Below are positions 33,628 through 43,125 of a stretch of DNA of 64,000 bases, in pieces. The position numbers were made by a program, and so were the translations under genes. This DNA is from an uncultured bacterium (GTDB lineage Bacteria > Krumholzibacteriota > Krumholzibacteriia > Krumholzibacteriales > Krumholzibacteriaceae), in contig CAWFAD010000011.1 of the NCBI GenBank assembly GCA_963813815.1, forward strand, positions 160,001 through 224,000. The letters run 5' to 3'. The stretch's first letter is position 1. Every line of letters starts with the position of its first letter. Under the pieces are notes generated by a model that made no database searches, had not been told where the DNA came from, and was given only the letters and a program-made list of their open reading frames with translations.

Positions 33628-34293
33628 TCAGCCTTTCAGAATCTCGATCTCTATCTCGATGTCCCGCCGCTCGGTCCCAGTCGCCGTCTCGAGCAACGTG
33701 CCCAGCACCTCGGCGGCGCGCTGGGGCTGCCCCGCGAGACGGAGGTTGTCCGCGGCCCTTCTCAGGTAGACGGGCTTCATGAAGGAATTCGTCTTGGGAT
33801 GCTCCGCGAGCTCCGCGTATGCGGCGGCGGCATCCTCGTAGCGGCGCTCGTTCGAGAAGGCGACGGCCTTGCCTTCCATCGCCGCGTCGTGAAAGAAGGA
33901 ATGACGCCCGCCTTTTTCGAGGTAACGGTCGAAGGCCTCGGCCGCCTCGCCGTAGCGCCCCGTTTCGAGGGCGCATTTGCCCGCGAAATACTGCGCGTAC
34001 GCCCCCTCCCGCGTTCCGCCGTGCTCATCGGCCACGAGGCGGAAGAGCTCCTCCGCTGATTTGAGATCGCCGCTGCGGAAGACCATGATCGCGTCCGAGA
34101 ACTTGCCGGCGGCCCGCTCGGCGGATTGTCTGCGCGCGTAGGCGCCCCAGGCGCCGAGCGCGACCACGATCACGACCCCGAGCAGCGCGAGAAAGATCGC
34201 GCGCTCATGCGACCGAAAGTATTCCCATGCCCGCAGCATGGAGCTGACGAACGTATCTTCCTTCATCTGTCGTTTGGTTATTCTGCCTGACAC
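33628..34293 (-). CDS. Membrane-anchored tetratricopeptide repeat protein (YfgM-like)
   Basis: KRQMKEDTF start, single TM, TPR-like helices. Confidence 0.75.
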   Translation of the reverse strand: MSGRITKRQMKEDTFVSSMLRAWEYFRSHERAIFLALLGVVIVVALGAWGAYARRQSAERAAGKFSDAIMVFRSGDLKSAEELFRLVADEHGGTREGAYAQYFAGKCALETGRYGEAAEAFDRYLEKGGRHSFFHDAAMEGKAVAFSNERRYEDAAAAYAELAEHPKTNSFMKPVYLRRAADNLRLAGQPQRAAEVLGTLLETATGTERRDIEIEIEILKG

Positions 34294-34448
34294 GTGGGCA
34301 ACCTCCTTGCTCCACCTGTAATTAACATGGCTGCAAACGGATAATCAAGCAAAAACGGGACCGGAGCCATCCACAAAGAGTTTGACACCCCTTCTCTATT
34401 TCTGCCAAGCTCCGTGCGTAGCCGCTCCTGGCACACGGGGAGGCATCC

Positions 34449-36926
34449 TTGATCCGAACGCTGCGCACAGCCGCCCTGGCATCGGCGCTTCTGCTCATCG
34501 TGCTCGAGTTCCTCGGCATGAGGGATTTCGCCCGTTCCCCGTATACCGGCATCCAGCACAACAACCTCATCGTTCGAGCGATCGATCTCGACGGTCCCAA
34601 CCGCGATCTCGGGCTGCGGCTCGGCGACAGGATCGTTCGCGTGAACGGGACGGCGGTCCGGAACGTCAATCACTACGCCTACCTCCTCGCATCGGCCCCT
34701 CCCCCCTCGTTTCTCGATCTGACGGTCGCCCGCGGGGATTCCCTATTCGACGTATCCGTTCGGAGCATGGCTCAACCTTCAGTGCGCGTCATGGGCAAGC
34801 TCTCGATCGTAATCGTCGCCTTCACGTTCGTTCTCATCGGTTTCGTGGTGCTCTTGAAGCGGCCCGACATCCTGGGCCTGCTCTTCACGGCGAACTGCTA
34901 CATACTCTCCTTCCTCGTCTCCGAGCGCCCCGTGACTGGTTCGCCGCTCCTGCAGATCATCGGCGAGCTCGGGTACGACTTTCTCTTCATATCCCTGCCC
35001 GCCTTCTTCCTCCACTTCTTCCTCCTCTTTCCGGGGCGCGAGATCGAGCGGGGAACGCGCCGCGCGCTGCTCGCGAGGTTTCTCTACGCACCGGTCGCGA
35101 TCCTCTCCCTTCTCACCCTCGTCGCGGCGCTGAGACAATACGACGCGCCGGGGGATGCCTCGCTCGGGGGGTTCATCAACGCGATCAACGCGCTCGCCGT
35201 GTGCGTCTGGCTCGGTTACATCACGGCGAGCCTCGCCCTTTTCGTCCGGACCTATTTTCTATCGGAGAGGGTGCAGCGGATCAAGTTCCGCGTCGTCCTG
35301 CTCGGGGTGGCGGCGGGAATCGTCCCCCTCACCGTGCTCATGCTCCTCAAGCAGTTTCAGCCGTCGATGGCCGTTCCCGCGCCTTATCTCTGGCCCCTCT
35401 TTCTCTCCTTCATGCCGATCTCCTTCGCCTACGCCATTCTCAAGCACCGGGCCTACGATCTCGGACTGCTGTACCGCACGATCTTCGTCTACGCGCTCCT
35501 TCTCGCGTTCGTCCTCGGGGTGTATTTCGTCTCGGTGAACGTGCTCGGCGAAGAAATGGACCGCAGGTTCGGCGTGCCGCGCTCCGCGGTCACGGTGTTC
35601 GTCATCGTGCTGCTCGCCGTCGCCGTCATGCCGGCGCGCGCCGTATTCCAGCGGCTCGCGGACCGTCTCACGGCGGGCCGGCGCGCCGCGGCCACGAACG
35701 AGATCGTCGCCTTTTCGCGGCGGATCCAGTTCCTCCTCTCTCTCGAGGAGGTATCGTCCTTCGTCGCCGAACGGATGGCCGATATCGCGCAAGCGGAGCA
35801 TGCGTACCTATTTCTCAGGGGAGAAACGGGGGACTACGCCCTTCGGGCGAGCGCTCCAGCCGGAATGCGCACACCCCTCACGTCCTTCCCGCCCGGCACC
35901 GCCCTCATCAAGCTCATGCAGCAGGAGCGGGTTCCCGTCATGCTCGAGTACTTCGACAGGCTCTGGCTCAAGAGCAATCTCGACCGGATATCGCGCGAGC
36001 TCGTTTCGCTCTCGCAGGCCTACGCGGCCGTGCCCCTTATCGAGCAGGATGAGCTTCTGGGATTCGTGCTCATGGGCCGAAAAAGCTCGGGAAGGCCCTA
36101 TACGGGAGCCGACGCGGAGCTTCTCGAGCTTCTGGCCGAACGGAGCGCCGTCTCCATTATGAACATCAGGCTCTGCGGCGACTCGATCATCAAGGATCGT
36201 CTCGAGAAGGAGCTCCGTCTCGCGAGCGAGATACAGACCCGCCTGCTGCCCTCGCGGTTCCCGTCGCTTCGCGGAGCCGAAATCGCGGCAAAGCTCGTGA
36301 CGAGCCACGAGGTCGGCGGCGATTTCTACGATTTCGTCGAGCCGGAGCCGGGGGTCGTGGGCATCGCCGTGGCGGACGTCTCGGGAAAGGGCATCCCGGC
36401 CGCGCTCCTTATGACGACGCTCCAGGCCTCATTCCGCGCCGAGGCCGTGAAGAATCCGGCCCCCGCGGTGATCGTTTCCGCCCTCAACGCCTCCCTCTAC
36501 GAGCGGAGCGACGACGAGAAGTTCGCCACCTTCTTCTACGCCCTCTACGATGACGCGACCGGCATCGTGCGCTTCTCCAACGCGGGCTCATCCCCCCCGT
36601 TCATCATATCGGGCGAGGGACGCATCTCGCGCCTGCACCGGGGAGGCGTCCTCATCGGCGTCGAGGCGCGGAGCGATTACAGCGAGGGCGTCGTAAAGCT
36701 CCGGCAGAACGATCTCATGCTGATCTTCACCGACGGCTGCACGGATCAGGAAAGCGCGGATGGGGAGCCGTTCGAGGAGAAGAGACTGGTTGATTTTATC
36801 AGAAATAACTTAACGCTCTCAGTCGATGCGATGATTGAGAAGTTATTTGCCACGCTCATTGCATTTGGGGAAAGGAATTTGAAAGATGATATGACTGTCG
36901 TTCTTCTTCGCAGAATCCTTCCTTGA
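34449..36926 (+). CDS. PDZ-multiTM-GAF-SpoIIE (PP2C) phosphatase
   Basis: GLRLGDRIVRVNG PDZ, many TMs, GAF, VGGDFYD, ADVSGKG, FTDG, DDMT. Confidence 0.9.
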   Translation: MIRTLRTAALASALLLIVLEFLGMRDFARSPYTGIQHNNLIVRAIDLDGPNRDLGLRLGDRIVRVNGTAVRNVNHYAYLLASAPPPSFLDLTVARGDSLFDVSVRSMAQPSVRVMGKLSIVIVAFTFVLIGFVVLLKRPDILGLLFTANCYILSFLVSERPVTGSPLLQIIGELGYDFLFISLPAFFLHFFLLFPGREIERGTRRALLARFLYAPVAILSLLTLVAALRQYDAPGDASLGGFINAINALAVCVWLGYITASLALFVRTYFLSERVQRIKFRVVLLGVAAGIVPLTVLMLLKQFQPSMAVPAPYLWPLFLSFMPISFAYAILKHRAYDLGLLYRTIFVYALLLAFVLGVYFVSVNVLGEEMDRRFGVPRSAVTVFVIVLLAVAVMPARAVFQRLADRLTAGRRAAATNEIVAFSRRIQFLLSLEEVSSFVAERMADIAQAEHAYLFLRGETGDYALRASAPAGMRTPLTSFPPGTALIKLMQQERVPVMLEYFDRLWLKSNLDRISRELVSLSQAYAAVPLIEQDELLGFVLMGRKSSGRPYTGADAELLELLAERSAVSIMNIRLCGDSIIKDRLEKELRLASEIQTRLLPSRFPSLRGAEIAAKLVTSHEVGGDFYDFVEPEPGVVGIAVADVSGKGIPAALLMTTLQASFRAEAVKNPAPAVIVSALNASLYERSDDEKFATFFYALYDDATGIVRFSNAGSSPPFIISGEGRISRLHRGGVLIGVEARSDYSEGVVKLRQNDLMLIFTDGCTDQESADGEPFEEKRLVDFIRNNLTLSVDAMIEKLFATLIAFGERNLKDDMTVVLLRRILP

Positions 36927-37003
36927 TTCATAGGCCCTCCGGCAAAGTATATTTCCTTATTATGGCGTAAGATACCCAATCGTGCCCCGCTCGGGCCAAA
37001 CTG

Positions 37004-37019
37004 AGGCATGGCGTATGCT
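37004..37019 (+). promoter_or_regulatory. Candidate sigma54 promoter
   Basis: AGGCATGGCGTATGCT, GG-N10-GC spacing, about 12 nt before a hairpin-rich unit. Confidence 0.45.
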
Positions 37020-37100
37020 ATTTCAAGTGTTGCGAGACCCGCGATGCAGTTTCTCGCGGTTCTCGAGGGCAGTATGAGACCCGTTCAGGGGGTGGTTGTC

Positions 37101-37151
37101 ATGATGATTTCCTGGCTTTGGATCATTGACCTCCTGTGGTGGTTGCGCTGA
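37101..37151 (+). CDS. Candidate Trp-rich hydrophobic micropeptide MMISWLWIIDLLWWLR (in-frame ATGs also at 37074 and 37044)
   Basis: AGGGGGT RBS 7 nt upstream; followed by terminator-like hairpin. Confidence 0.4.
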   Translation: MMISWLWIIDLLWWLR

Positions 37152-37180
37152 CCCGGATAAACAGCGCTCTGTCCGCTCTA

Positions 37181-37240
37181 AAATAAATGTTCCCGTTGAT
37201 ACCAGTAATGCATCGGCGGGAACATTTATTTCCCCTTTTG
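37181..37240 (+). terminator. 20-bp hairpin terminator
   Basis: AAATAAATGTTCCCGTTGAT / ATCGGCGGGAACATTTATTT with two G-U pairs on +, then CCCCTTTT. Confidence 0.7.
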
Positions 37241-37347
37241 TCACGCTATTCCAATTCTTTAATGTTGTTTGTCACCATAGTTCTCTTAGCTCTTGCTAGG
37301 TAATAGCTTACGAATTGATAATATTTTAGTAATATTGCATTTTCCCC

Positions 37348-37375
37348 TTGACACTCCGCGGCGGTTCTCTATAAT
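37348..37375 (+). promoter_or_regulatory. Consensus sigma70 promoter
   Basis: TTGACA-N16-TATAAT with AT-rich upstream region. Confidence 0.85.
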
Positions 37376-37380
37376 TGGCG

Positions 37381-37579
37381 CAACGAGACAAAGAGCGTCT
37401 GACTATGCGGTCGTGATCCGTCTGCTCTCAAGCCTATCTTTGAAGCGAAGCGATCTTGCTGCTCAGGCCTCTGAAGGGTGCGAAGGACACGTCAGGCAAG
37501 GTAGTTGACTTCTCTGTCTCGTTGAAAAAAAAGGGAATTGTTCGGCGTTAGTCGTCGAGCAATTCCCTTCGTTATTTTT
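37381..37579 (+). ncRNA. Candidate structured small RNA of unknown family
   Basis: Starts 5 nt after TATAAT; CAACGAGACA pairs with TGTCTCGTTG (37515-37524); inner stems; terminator; no credible ORF. Confidence 0.7.
37531..37579 (+). terminator. Intrinsic terminator (possibly also serving the convergent TonB receptor gene)
   Basis: 17-bp stem AAGGGAATTGTTCGGCG / CGTCGAGCAATTCCCTT, A-run before and TTATTTTT after. Confidence 0.8.
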
Positions 37580-37612
37580 GAGCCACCGAGACGAGCTGCG
37601 CTGGATCTCTCT

Positions 37613-39685
37613 CTAGTATCTGTAAGAAACCCCCAACCAAAAGATTCTGCCCTGTGCCGGATATCCGCTCTCCGGTTCGTAGTTTTCATCGAGCAGGTTG
37701 CTCACGGTTAGATACGTCTCCCATTTTGACAGGAAGGGCTGCGAGAACTTGGCGCCGAAAACGACGTACCCCTCGTTCTTGACAACCTCCGTCTCCGGAT
37801 CGACCGCGGTCGGCAGCTGGCTGTAGGAGTCCCCGTATTTCGCCATGGTCAGCGCTATGCGCGAGCCGAGCGTCGGCGCCGTATATTCGAGCTTCGCATC
37901 AAGCTTGTATTCCGGCACATCGGTGACATTTTCCGTCGCCCGGCCGGGGCTGACGTCCTCGGCGTCGATGTACGTGAAACCGACGTTCATGGACAGGCAC
38001 TTCACGGGATCGATACCCGCGTTCACTTCAAGCCCCAGCATCTCGATCTCGGCGACGTTATAGTAGAGCTCGTCGGGTGAGGGGAAATCGCGGCTGATGC
38101 GATCCGATATGTCATGATAGAAAGGCGACACCTCGAAGCGCAGCATTCTGCTCACGACCATCGAAATGCCGGCCGTATAGTTTATGCTTCTCTCCGACTC
38201 GAGATCTATATTGCCTGATGATCCGAATAATTCGCTGAGCGTGGGGAAACGGTTCTTTTTGGCGACGGACGCGAAGAGCCTCGTCCTGTCGTTCAAGAGA
38301 AAGCTCGCCCCTATCATCGGATTGATCTCGGTCATTGTTTCAGGTGTCTCCGCGGCGACCTGTTGCACGAGATTTCCGTCATCGTCGGTTTCGTTCGTTT
38401 CCGCTTCCTTGACGTCGAACCAGTCGTAACCGACGCCCGCCACAACGGAGAGTTTCGAATCGAGAAGTATCAGCTCATCCTCGAGGCCCAGCGAACCCGT
38501 ATAGGACGCGCTCTTTTCAAAGGGCAGGTATGCGTCGTCGCGCTGCTCATGACTATCGAGCCTGAAGTTGACGGCGCCCCTGAGGACGTTCCAGCCGGAA
38601 AGGGTGTAATCACCGATCGCCATTCCGCCCGCGATGTAGTCCTGATACCGGCTCGTGGCCATCGCGGTATCGAAGCTCGCATCGGAGTAGGAAACATAGT
38701 CGTCAACGTGGTTATGATAAAAGAGCTTGCCCATCAGGCCGAATGCGCGGGCCAGCTTTTTCCTTCCGCTGAGGTCGGCGCCCCAGTTGTCGTATCTCTC
38801 TATTCTGTCGAACGAAGAAAAGGCGGGCCGGTCGGGAAATATCTTCACCAAATCGATGTTCGGCGGGTCGCCCTTTTCCGAGGCGGAATAGTGCAGGTTC
38901 AAGAAATACTCGGCGTCCTCCGAGGGCTCGAGACCGAGCTTCACATAGATATTATCGGCCCTGAAATCGGAATTGTTGCGCAGGCCGCCGTCTTCAATGA
39001 CGGTATCGACCCTCTCCGCCAATCTCCCCGCGCCCGTTTGCACCACGCCGATTCGGGGCGTGAAATCATCAGAGAGCCTCCATCCATCCCATTCCCGGTG
39101 CATGTAGGAAATCCAGTAGCTCAGACTCCCCTGCTTCATCCCATGCGACAGATAAGCCGATGCGGCGCCGTCCCGTCCGCCCTCGAGCTTTCCCGAAAAG
39201 GTCGCCCTATCGGCGGCCTTCTTCGTAATGATGTTTATGACCCCCGCTTCGGCGTTTGCGCCATAGAGCACCGATGCCGCTCCTTTGATCACGTCTATCC
39301 GCGCCACATTCTCTATCGAGAGCTGATTCATATCGAACTTGCCGTATTTCGTCTCGTAGTAGGGCACGCCGTCGATGAGAATGAGCGCCTTATCCTGAGA
39401 AAAGCCGTGTATCGAAATGCTGGCTTCCATCTTTCTTCCCATCGTCACCTGGACGCCGGGAATATATTGCAGGGCCTCCGCCACGGTGCGGCTGTTCGTC
39501 GCGGAAATATCCTCGGCCGTTATCTCAGTATTGATCGCGATGTTTTTGACGCCCGCCCTCTCGGCTAGAACCAATATCTCGCCGAGTGTGTATGTCTTAT
39601 AGTCTTCCTCGGCCCGCAGGGCGCCCGGAACAATGGACGATCCGAGGATCATCATCATGAATAGAGCTCGTGCCGGTTTCCTCAC
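37613..39685 (-). CDS. TonB-dependent receptor
   Basis: Signal peptide, TonB box-like EILVLAER, plug (LILIDG, RIDVIKGAASVLYG, GVINIITK), NLLDENY, terminal SYRY. Confidence 0.93.
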   Translation of the reverse strand: MRKPARALFMMMILGSSIVPGALRAEEDYKTYTLGEILVLAERAGVKNIAINTEITAEDISATNSRTVAEALQYIPGVQVTMGRKMEASISIHGFSQDKALILIDGVPYYETKYGKFDMNQLSIENVARIDVIKGAASVLYGANAEAGVINIITKKAADRATFSGKLEGGRDGAASAYLSHGMKQGSLSYWISYMHREWDGWRLSDDFTPRIGVVQTGAGRLAERVDTVIEDGGLRNNSDFRADNIYVKLGLEPSEDAEYFLNLHYSASEKGDPPNIDLVKIFPDRPAFSSFDRIERYDNWGADLSGRKKLARAFGLMGKLFYHNHVDDYVSYSDASFDTAMATSRYQDYIAGGMAIGDYTLSGWNVLRGAVNFRLDSHEQRDDAYLPFEKSASYTGSLGLEDELILLDSKLSVVAGVGYDWFDVKEAETNETDDDGNLVQQVAAETPETMTEINPMIGASFLLNDRTRLFASVAKKNRFPTLSELFGSSGNIDLESERSINYTAGISMVVSRMLRFEVSPFYHDISDRISRDFPSPDELYYNVAEIEMLGLEVNAGIDPVKCLSMNVGFTYIDAEDVSPGRATENVTDVPEYKLDAKLEYTAPTLGSRIALTMAKYGDSYSQLPTAVDPETEVVKNEGYVVFGAKFSQPFLSKWETYLTVSNLLDENYEPESGYPAQGRIFWLGVSYRY

Positions 39686-39707
39686 AGCTTGCGTACTCCT
39701 TTGCTCC

Positions 39708-40458
39708 TCAGCGCCCTGGACCCGAGGGCGCGGCGCCCCCGCACACGCCGCACCCCCGCCTTTTCTCGAACGTCACCGTCTCGAACGCCATCGTATCGGC
39801 GCGGAAGATCAGGAGAGCGTTCGCGTCGGGAATCTCGCCGGTCATCAGGTACCGCAGCGCCAGCGTCGTCTGAAGAGATCCGACCGCGGCCGCCAGCGCG
39901 CCGAACGCCGGCGTGGGCTCGGGGTTTCTCAGCTCCCCGGGCATGAGACAGGCGAGACAGGCGGTTTTCGGCGGATTGAAGAAGCTCAGCTGCCCCATCC
40001 ATTCTCGTATCGCCCCGTATACATAAGGGATATTGAGATCGAATGACGCCTTGTTCAGCTTCAAACGGTCGGCGTGATTGTCGAGGCCGTCGACTATCAG
40101 GTCGCATCCCGAGGCCAGCTCGCCGGCGTTGGTCTCGGTCAGCGCGTCCGAGTACGGCCTCAATTTCTATTTCTGGATTCTGCGCCGAGAGTCTCTTCGC
40201 CGCCAGAATCGCCTTGGGCTTGCCGATATCCGCATCCGTGTACAGGATCTGGCGATTCAGGTTGGACAGCTCGACCTTGTCGCCGTCGCAGATGCGCAGA
40301 TACCCGACTCCGGCCTCGGCGAGATAGGTCGCACTGACCCCGCCCAATCCTCCGACTCCGACCACCAGAACCCGCGCGCGCTTGAGCCTCTCCTGATCCC
40401 AGCCTTCGACCATGAGTTGACGTTGGTACCTCTCGATTTCGAGTTTCGATAGCGGCAT
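39708..40458 (-). pseudogene. ThiF/MoeB family adenylyltransferase, split by one frameshift near 40157-40160
   Basis: RYQRQ, GVGGLG, SNLNRQ in one frame; DLIVDGLDN, CLAC, CGVC in the next frame. Confidence 0.85.
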
Positions 40459-40471
40459 GGGAGAAATATCC

Positions 40472-40711
40472 TCAGCCGCCGGAAACGGGCGGCTGGAGGG
40501 TAATGGTCTGGCCGTCGGACGGCTTGTACGACAGGTCCTTCATCTTGCCGTCGACATGAATGAGCGCGACGAAGGCGGGATTGAGCGAAATGTGCTCGAG
40601 GATTTCACCGATCGTCTTCTCGCCCTCGATCTCGACCTTGCGGGTGTAGTGGTCGACGTCGGGTTTAATCATCGCGCGAAGCTGGCCGCCGGCTCTCAGG
40701 AAGATCGTCAT
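40472..40711 (-). CDS. MoaD/ThiS family sulfur carrier
   Basis: 79 aa ubiquitin-like protein ending PPVSGG. Confidence 0.9.
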   Translation of the reverse strand: MTIFLRAGGQLRAMIKPDVDHYTRKVEIEGEKTIGEILEHISLNPAFVALIHVDGKMKDLSYKPSDGQTITLQPPVSGG

Positions 40712-40729
40712 AGCTCATTCCATCCTCTG

Positions 40730-42669
40730 CTAGAACGCCTTCGGTTTGTACCGTTCGCCGCGGACCGCCGGAATGCCGTTCGGAAGCGGCTTTCCCAGGA
40801 GCCCGATCTTTTCGATATTATCCGCCGCGAAATCGAGCTTCAAATCGTGCAGCACCTCGCGGCTGGGATTGCCGTCGTTGTCCCATCCACGGCAGGCGTA
40901 GTATTCATCGAGCATCGTCTCGATCTGCTCCTTGGACAGCCCCTTGCCGGCGTTCGGGCCGGTCGGAATCTTGTCTTCCCAGGATCGCGCCGGCGGGTAA
41001 TCGAACGTGCGGCCGTTCGCCCGGTTGCGTTCGAGGTAATGGCATCGCACCAGATTCCAGATCTTCTCCGAGGTCTTGAACGCCTCGGCGGAATCGATAT
41101 TCCACCCGGTAATGTGGTTGAGCGACTCGACGATCTCCTCCGGCTCAATATCGAGCTCGCCCCAGAAGAGGCGGCAGATGCACCAGCAGTCGAAGAGCGG
41201 CCGGATATGCTGCAGGTAGACCACCACCTTGGCGCGTCCCTCGATCTTTTCGCGCCCCTCGGCCATGTCGACCGTGATGGTCCACGCGCGGTTGTGATGA
41301 GCGCCGATGTCGCAGGTCATGTACGAAAGCATCATCCCCGGAGCGTAGCGACCGTCGTACCCCGACATCTCCTGACCCTTGACCTGCATGGCGAATTTCT
41401 CGCTGCCCCGTCCGATTTTCTCCGCGGCCCGCTTGGTGCCGCCCGCGAAATACTCGCCGATCCCGCGGCGATGCACGATCATGTCGACGAAGTGTTCGGC
41501 GTCCTCCACCGAACCCCAGTTGAGCGTATGCCCTTCGAGATCGTCGGTGGTTATCAGCCCGCGCTGAAAGCACTCCATGCCGAACGCCACCACGCCGCCG
41601 CCCGACATGGTGTCCATGCCGACATTGTCCATCAGCCAGTTCAGATAGGCGACCTGGTTGATGTCGGTCATGCCGAGGTTCGAGCCGCACAGCGCGCCGG
41701 TCTCGTATTCGGGGCCCTCGAGATAGACCGTTTCTTTGCCCGGCAGGACCGCCTTGGTGTACTTGCCGCAGTTCATCCAGCATCCGAAACAGGCCTTGTG
41801 CGTGATGAGGCACTTCTCCACCAGCGCGTCGCCGTCGATGCCCTTGACATCCTCGAAATACGTGGTCTGGAAATTCCGCGTCGGAAGGACTGCATTTTTG
41901 TTGGACCAGTCGATGAAGAAGGCGGTGCCGTACTTCTGCCACGGAGCCATGTTGGGATGAGTCTGCGTCCGTTTGATGATGGCCGACACATGTTCGGTCA
42001 GCTTGTCGAGATCGTGCACCTTGATTCCCCTGGTGCCCCTGACGGCGATCGCCTTGAGCTTCTTCGAGCCCATGACCGCGCCCTGCCCGGTCCGTCCCGC
42101 CTGGCGGCCGTAATCGTGCGTGATACACGAGAAGCGAATGCCGTTCTCGCCGGCCGGTCCGATGGTGGCGATCTCGAAATCCTCGCCCAGGTCCTTTTTC
42201 ATCGCCGGTTCGCATTCGAGCGATCCCATGCCCCAGTATTTCGAGGCGTCGCGAAGCTCGACCTTGTCGTCGTCGATGAAGAGATAGATCGGCTTTGGGG
42301 AGATGCCGGACATAGATCACCATATCGTAGCCGGCGAACTTGAGGGTCGGGCCCAGATGGCCGCCCATATTGGAATCGCCGTGGCCGTTGGTCAGGGGGG
42401 AAATCGAGCCGAAGCCGACTTTGGCGCCCGCCGGGATAAAGCAGCCGCTCATGACTCCCGGCGCTCATGATGAAGAGATTCTCCGGCCCCAGCGGATCGG
42501 CGTCGCGGGGAACCTCGTCGTAGAGAATTTTGGCGACGACGCCTCGTCCTCCGAACCATTCGCGCATCAGCTTCTCATCGGTGGGATGTCTCTTGATCTC
42601 GCCGGTGGTGAGATTGATGCGCAGCGTCGTGCCGGCCAGTCCGTTGGAGCTCGCGGATCGTCTTGCCAT
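40730..42669 (-). pseudogene. Tungsten-type aldehyde:ferredoxin oxidoreductase family protein, frameshifts near 42458 and 42314
   Basis: LRINLT, GGRG, DPLGPEN (frame 1); SPLT, SNMGG (frame 2); GPAGE, GAVMGSKKLKAI, CFGC..NC, GPEYET (frame 3). Confidence 0.88.
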
Positions 42670-43091
42670 TACTTGCTCTCCTTTGCCGGTCTGGTATGAA
42701 CATGGTGATCGCGCCGGTGTTGCACAGATCGGTGCATTTGAAGCAGTTGTCGCAGATGATGACGTGATCGAGGTCGCGATGCTGAAATATCACGCCCGGC
42801 TTGCAGGCCGGAATACAGTCGCCGCAATTGGTGCATTTCTCGAAGTCCACGATATAGGCGCCGTCGTCGCGACGGTAGATCGCACCCTCCGGGCAGACCT
42901 CCATGCACTTGCCGCACTGCGTGCAGACCTTCGGCTTGTATACCCCCGGCTGCGGGAAAAGTGCCTCGATTCTCAAGGCGGCCTTTTTGGGATTGATTTC
43001 GTCGTAATGGGCTGATTGCGCAGATTTGCAGGCACAGGCGGCACCCGCTGCACTTGCCCGACGTTACTTTGATTCTCTTTCGTTCCATCAT
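42669..43091 (-). pseudogene. 4Fe-4S dicluster ferredoxin subunit, frameshifted near 43010 and probably near 42690
   Basis: CSGCRLC..IC in one frame; CTQCGKCMEVCP, CTNCGDCIPAC, CDNCFKC in the next. Confidence 0.8.
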
Positions 43092-43125
43092 GCTCTCGAA
43101 TGCGCGCGAGCCCGGAGTCCGCGGC

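Noticed and set aside
36978..36990. AATCGTGCCCCG as att remnant of tRNA-Arg(CCT) 3' end
   Set aside because: Match is too short and imperfect to distinguish from chance
37023..37244. 73-aa minus-strand ORF and minus-strand AGGAGGT-ATG mini-ORF
   Set aside because: No protein-like features; G-U pairs in the hairpins favour + strand RNA, and the minus-strand SD is the mirror of the anti-SD stem
37461..37490. TCAGGCCTCTGAAGGG resembles SRP RNA helix 8
   Set aside because: Lacks the GNRA tetraloop and the following AGCAG of SRP RNA
37030..37579. Retron msr-msd, DGR template, tracrRNA or ribozyme interpretation of the small RNAs
   Set aside because: No reverse transcriptase, Cas or TnpB gene in the window, and no hammerhead core (CUGANGA...GAAA) found
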